A stretch of DNA of 64,000 nt from Sphingobacteriaceae bacterium (GTDB lineage: Bacteria; Bacteroidota; Bacteroidia; UBA7662). Positions within the stretch are counted from its first letter, which is position 1. The number at the start of each line of letters is the position of its first letter. The stretch spans positions 20,425-84,424 of the forward strand of contig PNNG01000027.1 of assembly GCA_013824115.1 (NCBI GenBank). Reading direction: 5' to 3'. The notes beneath the pieces were generated by a model. It did no database searches and was not told the DNA's origin. It was given only the letters and a program-made list of their open reading frames with translations. Below, piece by piece: positions 56,680 to 64,000 of the stretch. The translations under genes and the position numbers were made by a program.

Positions 56680-57477
56680 GTGCTGCGCTTTTCAAATGGG
56701 GTCAGATTTCGTATTTTCGAACTCTCAACTGTTTGTGTTTTGAACGATTCGCTGGTAATCATACCTACTTACAACGAAAAAGAAAATGCCGAAGCCATCA
56801 TTCGGAAGGTATTCTCATTGAATTTTCCTTTCGACGTGCTTATTGTAGACGATAACTCACCCGATGGCACCCAAGAAATAGTAAAAGGGCTGATTCAGGA
56901 ATTTCCCAACCAGCTGCATTTGCTCGCTCGTGCTGGTAAGCAAGGTTTGGGGACGGCATACATCGCGGGTTTTGGTTGGGCACTCGAGCGCAAGTATGAG
57001 TACGTTTTCGAAATGGATGCCGATTTTTCACACAATCCAGAAGACTTGGTGCGCTTGCGTCAAGCCTGCGTAGATGGGGCCGATGTAGCAATCGGTTCTC
57101 GTTACGTAACCGGAGTGAATGTGGTGAATTGGCCCATGAGCAGGGTAATTCTGTCGTATTTTGCTTCTAAATACGTTAAAATCATTACCAGCATGCCCAT
57201 AAACGATGCCACTGCAGGTTTCAAATGCTACCGTCGCAAAGTGCTCGAAACCATTCGTTTCGACCGCATCAAGTTTGTGGGATACGCTTTTCAGATTGAA
57301 ATGAAATTCAAATCCTGGTTTTTTGGTTTCAAGCTGGTGGAAGTCCCCATCATTTTCACCGATCGCACTTTGGGTCAAAGCAAAATGTCGAAAGGAATTG
57401 TTAAAGAAGCAGCCTTAGGCGTGATTCAACTCAAATGGTGGAGTATGTTTCGAGCCAAACGCGGCTACCATCAGTAA
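56680..57477 (+). CDS. Family 2 glycosyltransferase (polyprenol-phosphate mannosyl/glucosyltransferase, DPM1-like)
   Basis: LVIIPTYNEKENAEAII...DVLIVDDNSPDGT and the DAD motif (EMDADFSH). The start may instead be the in-frame TTG at 56740. Confidence 0.8.
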   Translation: MLRFSNGVRFRIFELSTVCVLNDSLVIIPTYNEKENAEAIIRKVFSLNFPFDVLIVDDNSPDGTQEIVKGLIQEFPNQLHLLARAGKQGLGTAYIAGFGWALERKYEYVFEMDADFSHNPEDLVRLRQACVDGADVAIGSRYVTGVNVVNWPMSRVILSYFASKYVKIITSMPINDATAGFKCYRRKVLETIRFDRIKFVGYAFQIEMKFKSWFFGFKLVEVPIIFTDRTLGQSKMSKGIVKEAALGVIQLKWWSMFRAKRGYHQ

Positions 57478-58550
57478 TGAAAAAGTCTGCTTATATGTAC
57501 TTGCTGCTGCTGGCAGCGGGATTGGTTTTTGCCTTTTGGGCTTGGAAACATTTTTCGAACACCGAGAATTCATCCGCTGCTTTGGCAGGTGCGCCTAAGC
57601 CGGGTGGAGGTCCGGTAACGGTGAAGGTTCAGGTGATGCAGCCCGAGCCCTATTCTCAACAAATTCGTTTGAGTGGTTCGCTGGTGGCTGGCGAGTCGGT
57701 ACAGCTGGTTACCGAAAGTGCGGGTAAGGTGGTGTTTCTTGATTTGAAGGAAGGGCAATCGGTTAGCAAAGGACAATTGCTTTTGCGTCTCAATAACGAT
57801 GACCTGCAGGCACAACTTCGCAAACAGGAAGTTTTGTTGATAGAGCTGAAGCAGCGTGAGATGCGCCAGGCTGCCTTGTTAGATCAAAAGGGAATCAGCG
57901 AACAGGAATATGAAAGAGTAGCCACCGAACTTGCCTCTTTGGAAGCAGATGTGGCCATTACCAAAGCCCAAATAGCCAAAACCGAAATAAGGGCGCCATT
58001 TAGTGGTCGAGTGGGCATTCGCTACATCAGTGAAGGGGCTTATGTGAGTCCCAATACCCGCATTGCCGATTTGGTTGACGACCGCAATATGTATGTAGAT
58101 TTTGGTATCCCCGAGAAATACGCCAGTCGCATACGCAACGGACTTTCCTTAAATGTGCTGGTAAGCCAGCATCCCGACACTTTTGCTGCCAGAGTGAAGG
58201 CTCTGGAGCCACGCATCGATCGTACAACACGCAGTCAAATGGCGAGGGCCGAATTATCGAATGCGTCGGGCAAACTTGTTGCTGGAAGCTTTGCCCGTGT
58301 ATTGCTCGAGCTCAATCGCATTGAAAATGCTTTGCTGCTGAATAGCACGGCAGTGGTACCCGAATTGAATGCCAAAAAAGTATTCGTTATCAGAAATGGG
58401 GTGGCAGAGCCGGTGGAGATAACCACTCTTGACCGCGATGCCAACCGGGTTTTGGTCGATTCGGGCCTTTCGGCAGGTGATACAGTAGTGGTATCGGGAA
58501 TTTTAAAGTTACGTCCGGGTAGCGTGGTGAAGATATTGGAGGTGCAGTAA
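57477..58550 (+). CDS. RND efflux periplasmic adaptor subunit (membrane fusion protein)
   Basis: Signal/TM segment; coiled-coil hairpin; beta-barrel ...APFSGRVGIRYISEGAYV. Its start shares a base with the upstream stop (TAATG). Confidence 0.85.
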   Translation: MKKSAYMYLLLLAAGLVFAFWAWKHFSNTENSSAALAGAPKPGGGPVTVKVQVMQPEPYSQQIRLSGSLVAGESVQLVTESAGKVVFLDLKEGQSVSKGQLLLRLNNDDLQAQLRKQEVLLIELKQREMRQAALLDQKGISEQEYERVATELASLEADVAITKAQIAKTEIRAPFSGRVGIRYISEGAYVSPNTRIADLVDDRNMYVDFGIPEKYASRIRNGLSLNVLVSQHPDTFAARVKALEPRIDRTTRSQMARAELSNASGKLVAGSFARVLLELNRIENALLLNSTAVVPELNAKKVFVIRNGVAEPVEITTLDRDANRVLVDSGLSAGDTVVVSGILKLRPGSVVKILEVQ

Positions 58551-58551
58551 G

Positions 58552-61500
58552 ATGAGTTTGTCTACCGTATCCATCCAAAGACCGGTGCTAACCATTGTAT
58601 TTTCTTTGGTGATTTTGCTACTGGGTTTCATAGGCTTCACCTATTTGGGAGTGCGAGAATATCCGGCAGTGGAAACCCCCATTATTACTGTAACTACCAA
58701 TTACACAGGTGCCAATGCCGACATTGTTGAATCGCAGGTAACTGAGCCTTTGGAAGAATCGCTCAATGGCATTGCAGGTATCCGTTCTTTGACTTCGGTG
58801 AGTCGCGATGGCCGTTCGACCATTACCGTTGAATTTGAGTTGGAAGTCGGTTTGGAAGCGGCTGCCAACGACGTCCGCGACCGTGTTTCACGTGCCATAG
58901 CCAACATTCCAGTAGATGCCGATCCGCCAACAGTGGCCAAGTCGGAAGCCGATGCCAATCCCATTCTTTTCCTCAACATCAAAAGCAACAGCCGTAATTT
59001 GCTCGACTTATCGGACATTGCCGAAAGGGTGTTCAAAGAGCGCTTGCAAACCATAGCTGGGGTAAGTGAAGTGCGTATTTGGGGGCAAAAAAAGTACTCC
59101 ATGCGGCTTTGGTTGAACCCCGATAAACTACAGGCCTACCAGCTTACCCCGCTCGATGTGCGCAATGCACTCTTGGCCGAAAATGTAGAATTGCCCAGCG
59201 GAGCCATAGAAGGCGCCGAATTGGAACTCACTGTCCGTACCTCGGGCAGGCTCACGGGTATCGAAGAGTTTGATAATCTCATTTTGGCCAGTAGGGGCGA
59301 CGACCTCATACGTTTGCGTGATGTGGGTGAAGCCCGCTTGGAAGCAGAAAACCTACGCACCTTGCTCCGCCGCGATGGGGTGCCGATGGTAGGAACGGTT
59401 ATCATTCCTCAGCCCAATAGCAACTACATCGAAATCGCCGATGAGTTTTACAAAAGGGTTGACGAAATCAAACGTAACCTGCCTGAAGACATAGAGCTAC
59501 AAATTGGGTTCGATACCACCCAATACATCCGCAATTCCATCAAGGAGGTGCAGGAGACCATTTATATGGCCTTTTTCCTGGTTGTGGCCATTATTTTCCT
59601 CTTTTTGAGGAACTGGCGTACTACCATCATACCAGTGCTGGTTATTCCTATTTCGCTGGTAGGCAGCTTTTTCGCCATGTATCTGTTGGGCTATTCCATC
59701 AATGTGCTTACTCTTTTGGGAATTGTGCTTGCTATTGGCTTGGTGGTTGACGATGCCATTGTGGTGCTCGAAAATATTTACTCCAAAATTGAGGCTGGTA
59801 TGTCGCCCAAAGAAGCCGCCATCAAAGGCTCTGGCGAAATCTTTTTTGCAGTAATTGCCACCACCATCACTTTGGTGGCGGTATTTCTGCCTATTATTTT
59901 TCTGCAAGGCATCACCGGTAAACTATTCACCGAGTTTGGCTTGGTGATCTCGGCGGCAGTCATTATTTCGTCTTTCGTGGCATTAACGCTTACACCCATG
60001 CTATCGGCCCGATTGCTCAAAAAAAGCAAAGGCCAAAGCGCCTTATGGTTGTGGAGCGAGGGGCTTTTTAACAAGCTCAATGGCGCTTACGAAGGCAGCC
60101 TGCGCAGCATGATGCGCCATAGGAAATGGGCTTGGTTTGCACTCATCTTGTCGGTAGGTTTGGTTTACGTGGTGGGCAAGCAGCTGCCATCGGAGTTGGC
60201 GCCCCTCGAAGACCGTTCCGATTTACGCGTATTTGCCACGGCACAGGAGGGAGCCACCTTTGAGTTTATGGATACTTATATGAACGAACTTTTAGAATTC
60301 GTTCGTGAAAAGGTGCCGGAAGCAGAAAGCATCATTACCGTTACCTCGCCGGGTTTTGGTGCTTCCTCATCTACTAACTCGGGTTTTACGCGCATCATTT
60401 TGCGCAAACCATCGGAGCGAGATAGTAGCCAAATGCAGGTGGCCGACCGCCTCACACCCATTGTAAACCAATTACCCGAAGCACGTGCCTTTGTTTTTCA
60501 GCAACAAACCTTCGGTGCCCGAAACGCAGGATTACCTGTGCAATACGTTCTACAGGCGCCCAATTTTGAGCGATTGAAGGAGATTTTGCCTCTTTTTTTG
60601 GCTAAGGCCATGCAAGACCCCACTTTTAGCTTTGTGGATGTAAACCTCAAATTCAACAAGCCTGAAATCAACCTGCAAATCGACCGCACCAAGGCACGCA
60701 ACCTCGGGGTTTCGGTGCTCGATATTGCACAAACGTTGCAGTTCGGATTAAGCGGACAGCGTTTTGGCTATTTCATCCTCGATGGCAAGCAATACCAGGT
60801 CATTGGACAACTGGCGCGCGAAAACCGCAATGATCCAACCGATTTGAAGTCGCTATACGTGCGCAACAACGCAGGTGAAATGATTCAACTCGACAACCTG
60901 GTGAGTCTGCGTGAAGAAACATCGCCCTTGCAACGCTTTCGCTTCAATCGCTATGTGTCGGCTACGGTTTCAGCCAATTTGAGTCCAGGCCAAACCATTG
61001 GCCAAGGCCTCGATGCCATGGATGCCATTGCGGCTGAAGTATTGCCCGACGATTTCCGCACGGCAGTGGATGGTCCATCTAAAGAATTCCGCGAATCGAG
61101 TTCAAGCCTGATGTTTGCCTTTTTGTTGGCCATTGTGCTCATTTACCTGGTGCTATCGGCGCAATTCGAAAGCTTCCGTGATCCTTTGGTGATTATGCTC
61201 ACTGTACCGCTTTCATTGGCGGGTGCCATTGTATCGTTGTACCTCTTTGGACAAACATTGAATATCTTTAGTCAGATAGGCATCATCATGCTCATTGGCT
61301 TGGTAACCAAAAACGGCATTCTCATCGTTGAATTTGCCAATCAACGCAAGGAGGCAGGTTTGATGAAGAATGAAGCCATTGTTGATGCAGCTGTATCGCG
61401 ATTCAGGCCCATTCTCATGACCGCCTTGTCTACCATATTAGGTATCTTGCCTATTGCGCTGGCTTTGGGTGAAGGTTCCGAAAGCCGGGTGCCCATGGGC

Positions 61501-61611
61501 ATTGCCGTGGTGGGAGGGATGCTCGTTGGTACCTTGCTCACGCTTTACATCATTCCGGCCATGTACGGCTATATCTCAAAAGAAACACCTCAGGAGGAAG
61601 GCCATGCTTAA
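58552..61611 (+). CDS. RND efflux permease (AcrB/HAE1-type, 12 TM helices, 1019 aa)
   Basis: Typical RND size and topology; N-terminus MSLSTVSIQRPVLTIVFSLVILLLG...; starts 2 bp after the adaptor gene. Confidence 0.95.
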   Translation: MSLSTVSIQRPVLTIVFSLVILLLGFIGFTYLGVREYPAVETPIITVTTNYTGANADIVESQVTEPLEESLNGIAGIRSLTSVSRDGRSTITVEFELEVGLEAAANDVRDRVSRAIANIPVDADPPTVAKSEADANPILFLNIKSNSRNLLDLSDIAERVFKERLQTIAGVSEVRIWGQKKYSMRLWLNPDKLQAYQLTPLDVRNALLAENVELPSGAIEGAELELTVRTSGRLTGIEEFDNLILASRGDDLIRLRDVGEARLEAENLRTLLRRDGVPMVGTVIIPQPNSNYIEIADEFYKRVDEIKRNLPEDIELQIGFDTTQYIRNSIKEVQETIYMAFFLVVAIIFLFLRNWRTTIIPVLVIPISLVGSFFAMYLLGYSINVLTLLGIVLAIGLVVDDAIVVLENIYSKIEAGMSPKEAAIKGSGEIFFAVIATTITLVAVFLPIIFLQGITGKLFTEFGLVISAAVIISSFVALTLTPMLSARLLKKSKGQSALWLWSEGLFNKLNGAYEGSLRSMMRHRKWAWFALILSVGLVYVVGKQLPSELAPLEDRSDLRVFATAQEGATFEFMDTYMNELLEFVREKVPEAESIITVTSPGFGASSSTNSGFTRIILRKPSERDSSQMQVADRLTPIVNQLPEARAFVFQQQTFGARNAGLPVQYVLQAPNFERLKEILPLFLAKAMQDPTFSFVDVNLKFNKPEINLQIDRTKARNLGVSVLDIAQTLQFGLSGQRFGYFILDGKQYQVIGQLARENRNDPTDLKSLYVRNNAGEMIQLDNLVSLREETSPLQRFRFNRYVSATVSANLSPGQTIGQGLDAMDAIAAEVLPDDFRTAVDGPSKEFRESSSSLMFAFLLAIVLIYLVLSAQFESFRDPLVIMLTVPLSLAGAIVSLYLFGQTLNIFSQIGIIMLIGLVTKNGILIVEFANQRKEAGLMKNEAIVDAAVSRFRPILMTALSTILGILPIALALGEGSESRVPMGIAVVGGMLVGTLLTLYIIPAMYGYISKETPQEEGHA

Positions 61612-62905
61612 GTTCATTTGCTTAGGAATCGGGCTGTTTGTTGTTCAAAACACCTTGGCGCAAGCTCCGCTCACTCTGCGTGAAGCCATTGAAACAGCCT
61701 TGTCGAGCAATTTGGATATCCGCTTGGCTCGCAATGAGGCCCAGATAGCCAAGAACAACGCCCAGCCCGGCGCTGCAGGTATGTTGCCCACGGTGCAGGC
61801 TACACTCGATCCGAGCTTATCGCGCAACAACATCCGCCAGGAATTCATCAACGGCAATACTTTGGTAAATCCAAATGCCGGACAGCAGTCGCTTAATGCC
61901 AATTTGCTCCTTAATTGGACACTATTCGACGGAACAGCCATGTTTACCAACTTCAAACGCCTGAATAAGTTTGAAGAGATGGGAGCTTTAGAGGCCCGAG
62001 CAGCCATAGAACAAGTGATGAGCGATGTAATGCTGGCTTATTACGAAACCCGTCAAAGCCTTACTCAGCTAGCTGCTGCCGAAAAGAACCTTGAATTGAG
62101 CCGCGAACGCATGCAATTGGTAGCGTCGAGGAGCGCTTTGGGCAGTGCATCGGGACAGGAGTTGCTTCAGGCAAGGGTAGATTTTAATGCCGACCAAAGC
62201 CTGTTATTACGCCAACAGCAAAACTTGTTGCAAGCCAAAATCCGCCTAAATCAGCTGCTTAACCGCGGTGCCGATACCGATTGGATTCCGGTAGATAGTT
62301 TCCCTCCAATGCCAATAATGGATCTTGCCAACTTGCGCAAGCAGGCTGTAGAAAACAATACCTGGCTGGAGTTAGCCGCCTTGCAAACAGAGATAGCTGG
62401 TTTAGATGCCCGTCTTTCTCGCAATGCCATGCTGCCACGTGTTGAGTTGGTATCGGGTTACCACATCAATCGCTTGCAGTCGGAAGCCGGCTTTTTGGCC
62501 AGTAACCAAAACCGAGGTCTCGATTTAGGATTGCGGGCAGGCATTACGGTGTTCGACGGAGGCAGGTTAAATCGCGCACGAAAAAATGCCGACCTGATGC
62601 AAGCCAATGCCATGCTATTGGAGGAACGCGAAAAGCAGGCCATGGATGCATTGTTACTATCTACCTATGTGGCCTATGAAAACAACCGCAAGTTGGTGCA
62701 AATGGAAGCTGAGAATGTGCTTGTGGCACAACAAAATGTGAGTATTGCCCGAGAGGCTTATCGGCTTGGAAGCATCAGCGCCTTGGCTCTGCGCGAAGCA
62801 CAGCAGCAATTGTTGGTTGCCGAAAGCAGGTGGATGGATGCACAGTTTGCATCTACTTTACATTACACTACTTTGGAGCGGTTAAGCGGACAACTTTTGC
62901 GTTAG
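61604..62905 (+). CDS. TolC-like outer-membrane efflux factor
   Basis: Signal peptide [21 protein letters not shown]. Duplicated OEP repeats. Overlaps the pump gene end by 8 bp. Confidence 0.85.
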   Translation: MLKFICLGIGLFVVQNTLAQAPLTLREAIETALSSNLDIRLARNEAQIAKNNAQPGAAGMLPTVQATLDPSLSRNNIRQEFINGNTLVNPNAGQQSLNANLLLNWTLFDGTAMFTNFKRLNKFEEMGALEARAAIEQVMSDVMLAYYETRQSLTQLAAAEKNLELSRERMQLVASRSALGSASGQELLQARVDFNADQSLLLRQQQNLLQAKIRLNQLLNRGADTDWIPVDSFPPMPIMDLANLRKQAVENNTWLELAALQTEIAGLDARLSRNAMLPRVELVSGYHINRLQSEAGFLASNQNRGLDLGLRAGITVFDGGRLNRARKNADLMQANAMLLEEREKQAMDALLLSTYVAYENNRKLVQMEAENVLVAQQNVSIAREAYRLGSISALALREAQQQLLVAESRWMDAQFASTLHYTTLERLSGQLLR

Positions 62906-63234
62906 CAGCAGTTTTGGTCGGCCGGTTGAATTTGATGTAAAAAGACAGAAAAGTGGCTTTGGAGCATTTGCCAACCTGCTGCTGAAATGCAATAGCAAAC
63001 GCTGGTTCCCGAAATTTCGCCTTGGATGATGCCGGCTTCTTTGAGAGCTTTGAGGTGCTGGCTAACTGTGGCTTGTGCCAAGGGCAATTCGTCCACAATA
63101 TCGCCGCAAACACAACTGTTTTGCCGCATAAGATATTGCAAAATGGCTATGCGGGCAGGATGTGCCAATGCCTTGGCCCAATTGGCCAAAAGGTTTTGCT
63201 CTTCGGTAAATGCGGTGGTTTTGCTCTTGCCCAT
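62902..63234 (-). CDS. ArsR/SmtB-family metalloregulator-type transcriptional repressor
   Basis: [45 protein letters not shown]; the CVC within helix 3 is typical of metal-sensing ArsR. Confidence 0.8.
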   Translation of the reverse strand: MGKSKTTAFTEEQNLLANWAKALAHPARIAILQYLMRQNSCVCGDIVDELPLAQATVSQHLKALKEAGIIQGEISGTSVCYCISAAGWQMLQSHFSVFLHQIQPADQNCC

Positions 63235-63320
63235 GGATGAACTTATTGGCAAAAGTAGGTCATTTCGGCGAAATGCGGTTGAACCATGGCTTCAGCTGCT
63301 GAAATGCTTAGTTTTGTGTC

Positions 63321-64000
63321 ATGCAATTCAATCCGCTCCAAGGCGAAAATCCCGCCAACCAGTTTTTCCTCCTCGCAGGTCCTTGTGTAGTTGAATCTGA
63401 AAGCCTCTGCATGGAGGTGGCCGAAAAAGTGATGAAAGTCACCGAGCGTTTGAAAATCCCCTATGTTTTTAAGGCCAGTTACCGCAAAGCCAACCGCTCC
63501 AGTATCCATTCGTTTACGGGTATTGGCGACGAAAAAGCACTGGAAGTATTGGCCAAGGTGCGTGAAAAATTGGGCATTCCGGTGGTTACCGACATCCATG
63601 CTGCCTATGAGGCCGCCATGGCCGCTCCCTATGTGGATGTGCTGCAAATCCCAGCTTTTTTATGCCGCCAAACCGACATTCTACAAGCTGCAGCGGCTAC
63701 AGGCAAATGGGTGAATATCAAAAAAGGGCAGTTTTTAGCACCTGCATCGATGCGTTTTGCGGTGGAGAAGGTTCGTGAAAGCGGTAATCCAAATGTGATG
63801 GTAACCGACCGTGGTAGCATGTTCGGCTATGGCGATTTGGTAGTTGACTTCCGGGGTGTTCCTGAGATGCAGGCCTTTGGTACACCAGTAGTGGTTGATA
63901 TCACGCACAGTTTACAGCAGCCGAATCAGGGCAGCACCACGGGTGGTAGGCCCGAAATGATTGGTACTATTGCCAAAGCGGCCATTGCAGTAGGGGCAAA
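63321..64000 (+). CDS. kdsA: 3-deoxy-8-phosphooctulonate (KDO8P) synthase, 3' end truncated by window edge; not in ORF track
   Basis: Frame from ATG 63321 encodes MQFNPLQGENPANQFFLLAGPCVVESESLCMEVAEKVMKVTERLKIPYVFKASYRKANRSS..., the canonical KdsA N-terminus. No stop before 64000. Confidence 0.85.
   Translation, partial: MQFNPLQGENPANQFFLLAGPCVVESESLCMEVAEKVMKVTERLKIPYVFKASYRKANRSSIHSFTGIGDEKALEVLAKVREKLGIPVVTDIHAAYEAAMAAPYVDVLQIPAFLCRQTDILQAAAATGKWVNIKKGQFLAPASMRFAVEKVRESGNPNVMVTDRGSMFGYGDLVVDFRGVPEMQAFGTPVVVDITHSLQQPNQGSTTGGRPEMIGTIAKAAIAVGA

Noticed and set aside
63243-63714. 134-aa minus-strand ORF and 83-aa + strand ORF near the window end
   Set aside because: Both overlap the manually identified kdsA reading frame (63321 onward), which has a canonical KDO8P synthase sequence

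Overview
This 64-kb chromosomal window is Bacteroidota-like, judged from several T9SS C-terminal sorting domains, a DUF5683 gene after parAB, and Omp85/LptD-like outer-membrane proteins. It is densely coding, at about 50% GC. Most of it is housekeeping: an ABC ATPase, rnr, a polyprenyl synthase, rpmA/rplU, an Omp85-family protein, a TrmH methyltransferase, a transaldolase, an acyl-CoA carboxyltransferase, corA, hutU and ftcD (histidine utilisation), guaA, an rsmB-like gene, a Met/Cys PLP enzyme, a marR–yceI pair, a PhoD-like phosphatase, tRNA-His, ssb, an LpxL-like acyltransferase, glycosyltransferases, aroQ, xerD, a peptide-binding protein, parA–parB–DUF5683–dapB, ruvB, an RND efflux operon (adaptor, pump, TolC-like) with a divergent ArsR regulator, and a kdsA fragment at the window edge. 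The main accessory feature is a sharply AT-rich ~3.9-kb island (24123–28011) inserted directly after hutU. It carries one 1263-aa gene with an N-terminal Mrr-like PD-(D/E)xK nuclease, a P-loop NTPase and a long helical C-terminal region. That architecture fits a single-gene antiviral STAND-type (Avs/bacterial NLR-like) defence protein, which I regard as the candidate undescribed system. Other points worth a second look: two translationally coupled S8 peptidase paralogs with T9SS sorting domains; an SbtA/SbtB-like (bicarbonate-transporter-like permease plus P-II-like) pair; a ParE/RelE toxin–antitoxin module next to a MITE-like 135-bp element in a hairpin-rich spacer; a secreted cytochrome c/copper monooxygenase-like fusion with a thioredoxin-like partner; a frameshifted SDR gene; a DUF2975–XRE pair downstream of three ATGTAAA repeats at exact 21-bp spacing; and a small lipoprotein ORF absent from the ORF track. 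I found no CRISPR array, rRNA, transposase or phage structural genes.
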